From Candidatus Multivorans sp. (GTDB taxonomy: Bacteria > Acidobacteriota > Thermoanaerobaculia > Multivoradales > Multivoraceae), in the NCBI GenBank assembly GCA_965247095.1, contig OZ251997.1, positions 2,595,689 through 2,659,688 of the forward strand: a stretch of DNA of 64,000 nt, in the 5' to 3' direction. Position 1 is the stretch's first letter. The number at the start of each line of letters is the position of its first letter. The notes below the pieces were generated by a model that saw only the letters and a program-made list of their open reading frames with translations, ran no database searches and was not told the DNA's origin. Shown here piece after piece: positions 52,543 through 61,992 of the stretch. Position numbers and translations under genes: made by a program.

Positions 52543-55500
52543 GTGTCCGTGTGGCGTGAACTCCGCCGCCGCATTCGCCGCGGCCGGGACTACCGCGAAC
52601 TCGCTGCGGCTGAGCGTGCGGCGGTCGTCGGTCTGCCGGTGCGCGCGGCCTCGGTGGTGTTCGAGCTGCTGGCCGAGGATCGTGCCGCGGCCCAGCTCGT
52701 GGTCGTGCCGAGCGAAAGCGAGGTCCTGGCCTGGACCGAAGGGGCTCGGCTGCTTGGGCGCCGCGACGGGGCGCGGGTCGTTCCCTTTCCGTCACCGGCG
52801 CTGACGCCCTACCAGCAGGCCGAGGCCTCGCTGCAGGTGCGCGCCCAGGAAAGCGTCGCCTACGACACCCTGCTTGGCGCTTCACGGGTCACCGTGGTCT
52901 GCACGCCCCGGACGCTGTTTCAACGCCTCGCCGAACCGGAGGCGTTCCTGCAGTCGGTCATAGGCGTTCGGGTTGGGGAAGACGTGGTTCCCGAGGAACT
53001 CCTGACCCACCTGGTCGCCCGCGGCTACCGGCGCAGCGATCTGGTGGCGGCGGTGGGCGCGGTGGCGCAGCGGGGCGGAGTCTTCGACCTCTTTGCACCC
53101 GGCGAACCGCGGCCGGCGCGACTTGACCTGTTCGGCGACACGATCGAGAGCATCCATCGTTTCGATCTGTCGACGCAGCGTTCCGAGGAGGCAATCGATT
53201 CGTTGCGCATCCGGCCTCTGACGCCGTTCGCGGCCGCGCCGGAGCAGGCCGCCGAGCTGGCCCTGGTGCTGCTGGAAGAACGAAGCGACGATCTGGCTGA
53301 ATCGGCCCGCACCCAGTTGCAGGAAATGGTGGAGGGCGAGCCCTTTCCGGGCTGGGAGAAGTACCTCCCTCTGCTGCAGCCGAGCACGAGTCTCGGTGAG
53401 GTGATGGAGAACGCCACCGTCGTCGTGGTCGAAGTGGACCGGGTGCGACGGGAGATCGAGCAGCACACCGAGATGCTGTGGGACGAGTACGCCAGACGAT
53501 CCGACGACGGCGACATCGCCGCCGAACCGGAACGGTTGACGGCGCCCAGTGCTCAGGTGCTCGAGTTCGTGGAAGACGCGGTCTTCCGGATCGGGGGCGT
53601 GCTGGATGAGCGTGCGGGACGGCGAACCCGGGTCGACTTCGGCGCGGTCGAAACGGACGTCCTGGTCGATCAGCTTCCCCGCTTTCCGCGCGAGGTGGAG
53701 ACCGCCGCGGCGCGCGGCGACGACCTGTGGCTGGTGGCGCGCGCCGGGCGGCACGAGTCGCTGCGCCAGACACTCGGCAGCCGGGAGATCGACTGGGATG
53801 GAGGCGGCGTGCGGCTGGTCGACGGCGAACTGGGACGCGGTTTCCGGCTCCCGGCAGCCGGCCTCGTGCTCTTCGGCGAGGGGCAGCTCTTCCGGCGCCG
53901 GGCGGCGGCGCCCCGCCGCCGCCGGATGGGGCCCTTCGTGTCCGGCCTCGGCGATCTGCGGGTCGGCGAGTTCGTGGTCCACGAGGATCACGGCATCGGG
54001 CAATTCCTGGGGCTCAGGACACTTGAAGGTCCACCCGGCGACGGGCCCGACGTGGAGGGCTACGGACCCCGCAGGCCGTCGCGGGCGGTCGAGGTCATGG
54101 AGCTCCTCTACTCATCGGGCCGCACGCTGCTCCTGCCTCTGACTCGCCTGAACGAGATCGAGCGCTACAGCGGCATCGATGGGCTCGCGCCCCGTCTCGA
54201 CCAACTGGGCGGCAGCAGTTGGGCGAAGAAGAAGGGCCGGATCAGTCGCAGCCTGAAAGCGATCGCCACCGATCTGTTGAAGCTCTACGCGGAGCGGCGG
54301 CTGGCGCGGGCGGTGCCGATGAACGAGGACAGCGACCGCCAACTCCAGTTCGAGGGCGCCTTCACCTACGAGGAGACGCCGGATCAACTGGAGGCGGTGC
54401 GCACGATCAAGGAGGATCTGGGCCGCGAACAGCCGATGGACCGGCTTCTGTGCGGCGACGTCGGCTTCGGCAAGACCGAGGTGGCGATGCGGGCGGCGTT
54501 CAAGGCGGTGGACAACGGCCTGCAGGTCGCGGTCCTGGCGCCGACGACGATTCTCGCCGATCAGCACCTGCGCACGTTCCGGCGGCGCTTCCAGGGCTTC
54601 GACTTCGAGATCGAGATGGTCTCCCGCTTCCGTTCGGCGGCCCAGGTCAAGGCGATCCGCGAGCGTCTGGCGGCGGGCGAGATTCACATTCTCATCGGTA
54701 CCCACCGACTCCTGAGCCGTGACATCGACATGCCCTGCCTGGGCCTGGTGATCATCGACGAGGAGCAGCGTTTCGGAGTCGCCCAGAAGGAACGCCTGCG
54801 TGAGTTGAAGCGCAACGTCCACGTGCTGGCGATGTCGGCGACGCCGGTGCCGCGCACGCTGCAGTTGTCGCTGGCCGGGGTGCGTGACCTGTCCCTGATC
54901 GAGTCGCCGCCCCGGGACCGGATGGCGGTCGAAACCCGGGTGCTGCCGTTCTCGGGCGATCTCGTCCGCGAGGCGATCGAGTTCGAGGTCGAGCGCGGCG
55001 GCCAGGTGTTCTACGTCTACAACCGGGTCGAGGACATCGAAGGCATGCTCCGCTATCTGCGGGAGCTCGTGCCGGGGCTTCGGATCACCGTCGGTCACGG
55101 TCAGATGGATGAAGGGGAGCTGAGCCTTCGGATGCGTGGGTTTACTTCCGGCGAGTACGACCTGTTGCTGGCGACGACGATCATCGAGAACGGGATCGAC
55201 ATTCCCAACGTGAACACGATGCTCGTTCACCGCGCGGATCGCTTCGGTCTGGCCCAGCTCTACCAGTTGCGGGGCCGGGTCGGCCGCAGCGATCAACTGG
55301 GCTACTGCTACCTTCTGGCCCCCCCGGACACGGTGCTTTCGGAGGAGGCGCGCAAGCGACTCGTCGCCATCCGGGAGTTCACCGAGCTCGGGGCGGGTTT
55401 CCGGATTGCGGCGCGTGACCTGGAGATTCGGGGCGCCGGCAACCTGCTCGGAGCGGAACAGAGCGGCCACATCGCGGAAGTTGGGATCGAGACCTACATG

Positions 55501-56016
55501 AAGATGCTGGAGAAGACGATCGCCGAACTCCGGGGCGAGGCGCCGGCGGACAGGCCGTCGGCGTCGATCAGCCTGCCCGCGGCCATGTCGATTCCGGAGG
55601 ACTACATCGGCGAGATCTCTTTGCGACTGGAGATCTACCGGCGCCTTGCGGATGCCGACGAGGATCCGGAGACGCTGCTTGCCGAGCTGCGCGACCGTTT
55701 CGGACCACCGCCCGAGGCGGTGCATGCCCTGATTCGGGGCGCGGAACTGAAACGGATTGCGGAATCCCTGGGTGTCCAGTCGATCGCGCACCGGAGCGAT
55801 CGACTGACGGTCAAGCTTCGCCGCGACGCGAAGGTCGATCTGGAACGCTTGATCCGCTTCGTTTCCGAGCGGGAGGGCTCGGGCTTCACTCCGGACGGGG
55901 TGCTGACGCTGTCCGAGATACCGGGCCGTGAGTCGCTCGAGATCGCGCTTCAGCTCCTGCAGTTGCTGGCGGGTGAACCGCTGTCGCGGCTCGCCGGTTC
56001 GGAGACGGTCCATTGA
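52543..56016 (+). CDS. mfd: Transcription-repair coupling factor Mfd
   Basis: Contains a CarD-like FVVHEDHGIGQF, helicase motifs GDVGFGKTEVAMRAA, IIDEEQRFG and SATPVPRTL, and a TRG-like LRGRVGRS. The start is uncertain: GTG 52543 or 52549, and the track ORF opens at 52489. Confidence 0.9.
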   Translation: MSVWRELRRRIRRGRDYRELAAAERAAVVGLPVRAASVVFELLAEDRAAAQLVVVPSESEVLAWTEGARLLGRRDGARVVPFPSPALTPYQQAEASLQVRAQESVAYDTLLGASRVTVVCTPRTLFQRLAEPEAFLQSVIGVRVGEDVVPEELLTHLVARGYRRSDLVAAVGAVAQRGGVFDLFAPGEPRPARLDLFGDTIESIHRFDLSTQRSEEAIDSLRIRPLTPFAAAPEQAAELALVLLEERSDDLAESARTQLQEMVEGEPFPGWEKYLPLLQPSTSLGEVMENATVVVVEVDRVRREIEQHTEMLWDEYARRSDDGDIAAEPERLTAPSAQVLEFVEDAVFRIGGVLDERAGRRTRVDFGAVETDVLVDQLPRFPREVETAAARGDDLWLVARAGRHESLRQTLGSREIDWDGGGVRLVDGELGRGFRLPAAGLVLFGEGQLFRRRAAAPRRRRMGPFVSGLGDLRVGEFVVHEDHGIGQFLGLRTLEGPPGDGPDVEGYGPRRPSRAVEVMELLYSSGRTLLLPLTRLNEIERYSGIDGLAPRLDQLGGSSWAKKKGRISRSLKAIATDLLKLYAERRLARAVPMNEDSDRQLQFEGAFTYEETPDQLEAVRTIKEDLGREQPMDRLLCGDVGFGKTEVAMRAAFKAVDNGLQVAVLAPTTILADQHLRTFRRRFQGFDFEIEMVSRFRSAAQVKAIRERLAAGEIHILIGTHRLLSRDIDMPCLGLVIIDEEQRFGVAQKERLRELKRNVHVLAMSATPVPRTLQLSLAGVRDLSLIESPPRDRMAVETRVLPFSGDLVREAIEFEVERGGQVFYVYNRVEDIEGMLRYLRELVPGLRITVGHGQMDEGELSLRMRGFTSGEYDLLLATTIIENGIDIPNVNTMLVHRADRFGLAQLYQLRGRVGRSDQLGYCYLLAPPDTVLSEEARKRLVAIREFTELGAGFRIAARDLEIRGAGNLLGAEQSGHIAEVGIETYMKMLEKTIAELRGEAPADRPSASISLPAAMSIPEDYIGEISLRLEIYRRLADADEDPETLLAELRDRFGPPPEAVHALIRGAELKRIAESLGVQSIAHRSDRLTVKLRRDAKVDLERLIRFVSEREGSGFTPDGVLTLSEIPGRESLEIALQLLQLLAGEPLSRLAGSETVH

Positions 56017-56039
56017 GCGGCCGGTTGGACTCGCGTGCG

Positions 56040-56867
56040 ATGCGACGAGCCTGCGCCTGTCTCCTGGCCGGGGTATCCCTGGGCTGTGGCGGCGGCGGGC
56101 TGCCGGAGGGCGTGGTGGCGCGAATCGGCAACCAGGACTTTCGTTACGAGGACTTTCACGGCTACGCTGAGGAGTCCCTTGGCGGGGACGCTTCGCGCTT
56201 CGGCAGCGCGGTGCTTTCCCGGCTCTTCGAGCGCTTCGTCGACGACCAATTGCTCGTGCAGTTGGCGCGGGATCGGGGGCTCGTGGAGGGGGAAGCTACG
56301 GTCCACGAGGCCGCGATGCGGTTGCTCGAGGCGTCAACGCCGGTCGTGTCGTTGTCGGAGATGGAGAGCTACTACGCCGAACACCGGAGTGATTTCGCGC
56401 GGCCGCCACGGGTGCGCCTGCGTCAGATCCTGGTCCAGGATCGAGCCGCCGCCGAGCTGGCGCTGGCAGAGCTCGAAGTGGGCGTGGACTTCGGGGAGGT
56501 GGCGCGTCTGCGTTCCATCGGCCCCAGCGCGTCAGCCGGCGGTCTCCAGGGCGAACTGTCGAGCGAGGATCTTCCCCCGGCGCTCGCCGACGTCGTGTTC
56601 GAGCTTGGCGAAGGAGAATGGAGCGAGCTGCTCGAGGCCGACTACGGCTTTCGCATCTTCCAGGTCGAGCGCCTCTTGCCGGAAGAAACCTTGACGCTCT
56701 CGGAGGCGGCGCCAAGAGTAAGGACCCTGCTGGAGGAGGCGCAAAGCGAAGAGCTCGTCCGAGCCGCCGCCGCCCAAGCCCGGCAGGAGTACAATCTGCG
56801 CGTCGCGGTGGAGCGGTTGCCCTTCGAGTACCACGGCGCGTTCGTGGATCAGGCTGCCGCAGAATGA
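56040..56867 (+). CDS. Parvulin-type peptidyl-prolyl isomerase lipoprotein (PpiC/SurA-like)
   Basis: Lipobox GVSLGC and a rotamase block RVRLRQILV...GGLQGELSSEDLPPALADVVFELGEGEWSELLEADYGFRIFQV. The track ORF opens at TTG 56013. Confidence 0.75.
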   Translation: MRRACACLLAGVSLGCGGGGLPEGVVARIGNQDFRYEDFHGYAEESLGGDASRFGSAVLSRLFERFVDDQLLVQLARDRGLVEGEATVHEAAMRLLEASTPVVSLSEMESYYAEHRSDFARPPRVRLRQILVQDRAAAELALAELEVGVDFGEVARLRSIGPSASAGGLQGELSSEDLPPALADVVFELGEGEWSELLEADYGFRIFQVERLLPEETLTLSEAAPRVRTLLEEAQSEELVRAAAAQARQEYNLRVAVERLPFEYHGAFVDQAAAE

Positions 56868-56877
56868 GGTAGTAAAA

Positions 56878-58053
56878 TTGACTCAACGCAGCCTGGGCCC
56901 CGCGCCCGGCAGTTCCTGGTTTGCCGGCCGCCGTATCGCCGGCTCACTCGCCGGCTCGGTGGCGGCCTTGCTGGCCATGGCAGCCCTCCCCGTGGCCGGG
57001 CAGTCTTCGCCCGGCTCGGAGAACCGCGTCGTGCTGCGGGTCAACGACCGCATCGCGACCCTCTACGACTACCAAAGGGCGGTCAACGAGGAGGTCGGCT
57101 TGATCCGGAGCGCTCTCGGACTGACCGAGCCGGAGCGGCAGGAGCGGATCGCCGACGCCGGCCGCTTCGTGATGAAGAGGCTGTTCGAGGAACTGCTGCT
57201 CATGTCGCGGGCGGACCAATTGGCTGTCGTGGTGGACGAGAGCGAAGTCGAGGACCAAATCCGCGCCACCAGGGAGCGTTTCGGGCTCGAGAGCGAGGAG
57301 CAGTTCCGTCAGGCTCTGGCGCAGCAGGGCATGCGGGAGGAGGACTTCCGGGCGCAGACCCGCAAGCGGTTGCGGTCCAACGTCGTCCGGGGCCGGGAGG
57401 TGGCGCCCCGGGTGGTGGTCGAAGATGAAGACATGCGACGGTTCTACCGCGACAACGAGGAGCGTTTCCGCATTCCGGAGCGGGCTCGCTTCGAGGAGGT
57501 CGTGGTTCTGGAGGGTGTGGTTCCAGCCGACCGCATGGCGCTGCTGGCGGCGCTGGCCCGTACGCGGTTGAGGGCCGGCGGTACGGCCGCGGAGGTGGCG
57601 GAAGGCCTTGGCGAAGGTGTGACGGCCGTCGATGTTGGATGGGTGACGGCCGGCGACCTGGCGCCCGCTCTCGATTCCGTTGCCTGGGAGCTCGATGTCG
57701 ACGGCGTCGGCGACGCGATCGCCGCCCGCGGCGGTCTGCATGTTCTGAAGATGCTGGAGCGAACGCCGGCGACGGTTCAGCCGTTCGAGGAGGTCCGCGA
57801 CGCGATCCAGCAGGAAGAGCGGAATCGACTGTTCTCCGAGGAGTACGACCTCTACCTGAGCGAACTCGCGGACGCCGCCTACGTTGTCGAACGGCTGCCG
57901 GAGGGGGCCGAGGGATATCGGCCTGTCGAGTCCCCTTCGCTCGACGGCGACGCGCTGGGGCTGCTCGCTCCGTTCGGTCGCGGCGTCCAGGCGCCGGATG
58001 TCGACGAGCCGTCCGGCGATACGGCCGAGGAGACCGACGGGCAACAACGCTGA
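56878..58053 (+). CDS. SurA-like periplasmic chaperone / PPIase
   Basis: Signal peptide, a SurA N-domain-like region (RVNDRIATLYDY...LEELLLMSRADQL) and a degenerate rotamase region. Confidence 0.7.
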   Translation: MTQRSLGPAPGSSWFAGRRIAGSLAGSVAALLAMAALPVAGQSSPGSENRVVLRVNDRIATLYDYQRAVNEEVGLIRSALGLTEPERQERIADAGRFVMKRLFEELLLMSRADQLAVVVDESEVEDQIRATRERFGLESEEQFRQALAQQGMREEDFRAQTRKRLRSNVVRGREVAPRVVVEDEDMRRFYRDNEERFRIPERARFEEVVVLEGVVPADRMALLAALARTRLRAGGTAAEVAEGLGEGVTAVDVGWVTAGDLAPALDSVAWELDVDGVGDAIAARGGLHVLKMLERTPATVQPFEEVRDAIQQEERNRLFSEEYDLYLSELADAAYVVERLPEGAEGYRPVESPSLDGDALGLLAPFGRGVQAPDVDEPSGDTAEETDGQQR

Positions 58054-58235
58054 CGATCGGCCGGTCGGGGCCCCCGGAAGAGGGGCCTAGCCGTTCGTAG
58101 CAGGTCCTCGGGAGGTCTCTTCGTGGTTCCGGGGTTTGTTCCGGGGTTTTCCTCAATCCTCGCGTGGAGCAAAGTGGTCTGAAGTAGACAAGAATGGCCC
58201 AGAAGTGGTAACGTCGCGCGTCTGAGCGTCAGTTT

Positions 58236-58274
58236 GTGGGCACTACGCCCACTTCTTGTGGGTACCACACCCAC
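58236..58274 (+). promoter_or_regulatory. Two tandem GTGGG-N7-CCCAC units upstream of mraZ (candidate MraZ operator)
   Basis: GTGGGCACTACGCCCAC ttctt GTGGGTACCACACCCAC ends 22 nt before the mraZ ATG. Confidence 0.4.
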
Positions 58275-58296
58275 CTGACTCTTCAGGTCGTGAGCG

Positions 58297-58770
58297 ATGT
58301 TTCGAGGGCATGCAGAAGCAAAGATCGACGCGAAGGGCCGCCTGAAGGTCCCGAGCGTGTTCCTGCGCCCGCTGCAGGAGCGTTTCGGTCCCGACATCTT
58401 CACCACTTCGCTGCACGGCGATTGCGCGTGGATCTACCCCCTGCGGCTCTGGGAGCTGGAGGAGCAGCGCATGGCCCGCCTGCCGGCCACCCACAGGCTG
58501 CGCCGCAAGTGGGAGTCCCGGGTCAGCTACTTCGGTCTCCAGAGCCGTCTCGATTCGCAGGGGCGGCTGATGGTCCCGGCGAAGTTGCGAGGACGCGCGG
58601 GCATCGAGGGCGAGGTTGTCATTTTCGGTCGCCCGGACCGCCTTGAGGTCTGGAACCTCGAGCGGATGGAGAACGACCTGGACTCGGAACCGTTCACGGA
58701 TGGCGAGTTGGACGAACTGACCGACGATCTCGAGGCGCTGGATGCGTCCGGCAACAGGGATGTCGACTGA
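58297..58770 (+). CDS. mraZ: Transcriptional regulator MraZ
   Basis: Contains MFRGHAEAKIDAKGRLKVPSVF and a second DSQGRLMVPAKLR half (duplicated SpoVT/AbrB-like motif). Confidence 0.9.
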   Translation: MFRGHAEAKIDAKGRLKVPSVFLRPLQERFGPDIFTTSLHGDCAWIYPLRLWELEEQRMARLPATHRLRRKWESRVSYFGLQSRLDSQGRLMVPAKLRGRAGIEGEVVIFGRPDRLEVWNLERMENDLDSEPFTDGELDELTDDLEALDASGNRDVD

Positions 58771-59746
58771 TGTGGGCGGCGACGGTCAGAAGCCCCGGCA
58801 CCAGCCCGTCCTGGTCAGCGAGGCCCTGCGGTTCCTGGCGCCGGAACGCGGCGGTTGGTTCGTCGACTGCACGGTCGGTCTGGGCGGTCATGCCGCGGAA
58901 CTCCTTGGGCGCTTTCCCGGCGCGCGAGTGCTCGGCATCGACCGCGACGAGGAAGCCCTGGACCACGCCCGGCGCCGGCTGCGCGAGTTCGGTTCGCGGG
59001 TCCTCCTGGTGCACGGGAACTTCCATTCGATCGACGAAGTTCTCGCTGAGGTGGGGAGCGGGAAACCAGCGGGAATCCTCGCCGATCTCGGCGTTTCGTC
59101 GCTGCAACTCGACCAGCCGGAGCGGGGCTTCAGTTTCAGGCGCTCCGGCCCGCTCGACATGCGCATGGATCAATCGACTCGATCGGCAACCACGACTGCG
59201 AGGGACATCGTGAACCTGGAATCCCAGAGCGTGTTGGAGACCGTGCTCCGCGATTACGGCGAGGAGCGCCAAGCCCGCAAGATCGCGCGGGCGATCGTGG
59301 AGCGTCGTCGCCGCGGGCCGATCGAGACCACCGACGACCTGCGCGAACTGGTTCACGAGACGGTTGGGACGTCCAGGGTGAGGCGGGGCCGCGCGATGCC
59401 GGGAAGCCGGTCGATCGATGCCGCGACCAGGACGTTCCAGGCGCTTCGGATCGCCGTCAACGAGGAGTTGTCCGGGTTGGAGCCGGCCCTCGAACGAGCG
59501 GTGAATCTGCTCGAGCGGGACGGCCGGTTGGTCGTCATCTCGTACCACAGTCTGGAAGACCGGATCGTCAAGCACCGGCTCCGCGCCCACGCCGTGGGCG
59601 AGGTCGATCCGATCACCGGGCGCCCGCGCACCGAAACACGGCTGATCGAACTGATGACCAAGAAGCCGATCCGGCCGCAGCCGAGCGAGGTGGAGTACAA
59701 CCCCCGGTCGCGGTCCGCGCGGTTGCGCGCGGCCCGCAGGCTCTAG
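58742..59746 (+). CDS. rsmH: 16S rRNA (cytosine1402-N4)-methyltransferase RsmH
   Basis: Contains HQPVLVSEAL, FVDCTVGLGGHA, DLGVSSLQLD, FSFRRSGPLDMRM and ISYHSLEDRIVK. An alternative ATG lies at 58760. Confidence 0.9.
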   Translation: MRPATGMSTDVGGDGQKPRHQPVLVSEALRFLAPERGGWFVDCTVGLGGHAAELLGRFPGARVLGIDRDEEALDHARRRLREFGSRVLLVHGNFHSIDEVLAEVGSGKPAGILADLGVSSLQLDQPERGFSFRRSGPLDMRMDQSTRSATTTARDIVNLESQSVLETVLRDYGEERQARKIARAIVERRRRGPIETTDDLRELVHETVGTSRVRRGRAMPGSRSIDAATRTFQALRIAVNEELSGLEPALERAVNLLERDGRLVVISYHSLEDRIVKHRLRAHAVGEVDPITGRPRTETRLIELMTKKPIRPQPSEVEYNPRSRSARLRAARRL

Positions 59747-59773
59747 CAGCGGCAGAGACGGGATCCGTGAACT

Positions 59774-60160
59774 GTGAAAACCGGTTACAGCGTCAGCAAG
59801 GAGATCACGAATCCCTTCCTCGTGCGCCAGCGGGATCCGGGCCGGCTCCGCGGCCTGTGGCGGCTGGTGGCGATCGTCCTGCCCTTCGCCGGCGCGGTGT
59901 TCGCGTACACCTGGGTACACGAACAGGGTCTGGAGGCCGGCTACCGGATCGAGCAGTTCGAACGGCGCCTGGAGGACCTGCTGCAGGAAGAACGCCTGCT
60001 CGAACTGGAGGCCACGCGGCTCGCGCGGCCTGAGCGGCTGAGGGCGCTGGCGCTGGAACAGCTCGGCATGGCGCCCCCGACGCTGGACCAGATGATCTTC
60101 CTGAGTTCGGAGAGCGCGTCCCTCGTCCAGGCCGGCATCGCGACGGAGGCGGCGCAGTGA
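59774..60160 (+). CDS. ftsL: Cell division protein FtsL
   Basis: Small bitopic protein with a transmembrane segment and a coiled coil, in the conserved position between rsmH and ftsI. Confidence 0.75.
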   Translation: MKTGYSVSKEITNPFLVRQRDPGRLRGLWRLVAIVLPFAGAVFAYTWVHEQGLEAGYRIEQFERRLEDLLQEERLLELEATRLARPERLRALALEQLGMAPPTLDQMIFLSSESASLVQAGIATEAAQ

Positions 60161-61992
60161 ACGCCCTCGGACCCCGCGCCAGGGGCGCCCGGCGCCGCCA
60201 CCTCGGAAGGCTGTTGATCCTGACCACGGTCGCCGGCATCTGGATGGGCGCGATCGGTTGGCGGCTCTTCGATCTGCAGATTCTCGGCGCCGACTCGTAC
60301 CGGGAGAGCGCGGCGCGGCAGCAGCGCAGCGAGGTCGTCCTGAACCCCAAGCGCGGGACGATCTACGACTCGCGCGGCAGAACCATGGCGGTGTCGGTCG
60401 AGACCCGGACGCTCTATGCCGAAACCGCCAAGGTGGACGATCCGCCGACGCTGGCCGCCTACATTGCTCCGTTGGTGGGCCGCACCGAGGAACGGATCGA
60501 GGCGCTGCTGCAGAAGCCCGGGCACGTGCCGCTGGCGCGGAAGCTCGACCGCGCCCTGGCCGACGGCATCGACCTGTCCGCGTTCCCGGGCCTCTACTTC
60601 CTGGCCGAGAGCAAGCGCGAGTACCCGATGGGTTCGCTGATGGCTCATGTGCTTGGCTTCGTCGGTACGGACACCAGCCTCGCCGGTATCGAACTCAAGT
60701 ACGACGGCGAGGTCGCGGGTGAGTCGGTCAAAAGGCACGTACTCCGGGATGGCCAGCAGCGGTTGGTCGTCGTCGCCGGTTCGTTGGGCGAACCGAAGCC
60801 GGGGGCGGACCTCCACCTGACCATCGACGCGACGATCCAGCACCTGGCGGAGCGGGCCCTGCGGGAGACGATCGAGTGGTCGAAGGCCAAGGCCGGCAAC
60901 GTGGTGATTCTGGCGCCGGAGGATTCGGCGGTGCTGGCGATGGCCTCCTATCCGGCCTTCGACCCGAACCAGTTCGGCGACTTCGGTCCCGAGGAGCTCC
61001 GGAACAGGGCGATCCAGGATTCGTATGAGCCGGGCTCGACGTTCAAGACGATCACGGTGGCGGGAGCGTTCCAGCGGCAGGTTGTTCACGCCGACCAGAT
61101 CATGGATTGCGGCAATGGCCGGATTCGCGTCGGCAGGGCGCGGATCAAGGACCACAAGCCCTTTCCCGAACTCACCTTCCGCACGGCGATCGCCAAGTCG
61201 AGCAACGTCTGCGCGATCAAGGCAGGGCTCCTGGCCGGTGAGCAGACGATGCAGGACCTCGTGGCGGCCTTCGGGTTCGGCCAGACCACCGGCATCGACA
61301 TCGGTGGCGAGCATCCGGGCATCGTGCCGCTCCGGGTCTGGGATCGCGAAACGACAGCGTATGCCTCGTTCGGCTACGGCTTGGCGGTGACGCCCCTCCA
61401 GCTTGCGAACGCCTACGCGGCGGTTGCCAACGGCGGGGTGTGGAACCAGCCGTACATCGTGCGCTCCCTGGAGCGCGAAGGTGAGATCGTCGACCAGCGT
61501 CCCAAGGATCGCAGCCGGCGCGTGATCTCGAAGTCGACCGCGTACGAGGTCATCCGCCTGCTCGAGGAAGTGGTCGTGAGCGGCACCGGCCGCAAGGCCG
61601 CCATCGCCGGCTACCGCGTAGCCGGCAAGACGGGAACGGCCGAGAAGTCGGACTCGGAGGGCTACTCGGAGACCGGTCGCGTCGCTGGTTTCGTCGGTAT
61701 CGCTCCCGCCCGGGCGCCCCGACTGGTCTGTCTGGTGATGATCGACGAGCCGACCGTCGCCACCGGTGGCGGTGAAGTCGCGGCGCCGGCCTTCCAACGC
61801 ATCGTCAGCGAGGCGTTGTTCTACCTCGGTGCGACGCCTTCGCGGCAGCCGATGGGTTGGAGCCAGCCGGTGTGGCTGCGGCCGGCCGAGCCGGCGGACG
61901 TCAAGGTCGCCGACGCGGTCGCCGAAGAGGAGGTGAAGCAGGAGGACACGGGGACGGAAGGCGAGCTGTGGACGGCAAAGGCTTCGAGCTGA
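60157..61992 (+). CDS. ftsI: Peptidoglycan D,D-transpeptidase FtsI (PBP3)
   Basis: Contains STFK (SxxK), SSN (SxN) and KTGTA, in dcw-cluster context. Confidence 0.9.
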   Translation: MNALGPRARGARRRHLGRLLILTTVAGIWMGAIGWRLFDLQILGADSYRESAARQQRSEVVLNPKRGTIYDSRGRTMAVSVETRTLYAETAKVDDPPTLAAYIAPLVGRTEERIEALLQKPGHVPLARKLDRALADGIDLSAFPGLYFLAESKREYPMGSLMAHVLGFVGTDTSLAGIELKYDGEVAGESVKRHVLRDGQQRLVVVAGSLGEPKPGADLHLTIDATIQHLAERALRETIEWSKAKAGNVVILAPEDSAVLAMASYPAFDPNQFGDFGPEELRNRAIQDSYEPGSTFKTITVAGAFQRQVVHADQIMDCGNGRIRVGRARIKDHKPFPELTFRTAIAKSSNVCAIKAGLLAGEQTMQDLVAAFGFGQTTGIDIGGEHPGIVPLRVWDRETTAYASFGYGLAVTPLQLANAYAAVANGGVWNQPYIVRSLEREGEIVDQRPKDRSRRVISKSTAYEVIRLLEEVVVSGTGRKAAIAGYRVAGKTGTAEKSDSEGYSETGRVAGFVGIAPARAPRLVCLVMIDEPTVATGGGEVAAPAFQRIVSEALFYLGATPSRQPMGWSQPVWLRPAEPADVKVADAVAEEEVKQEDTGTEGELWTAKASS

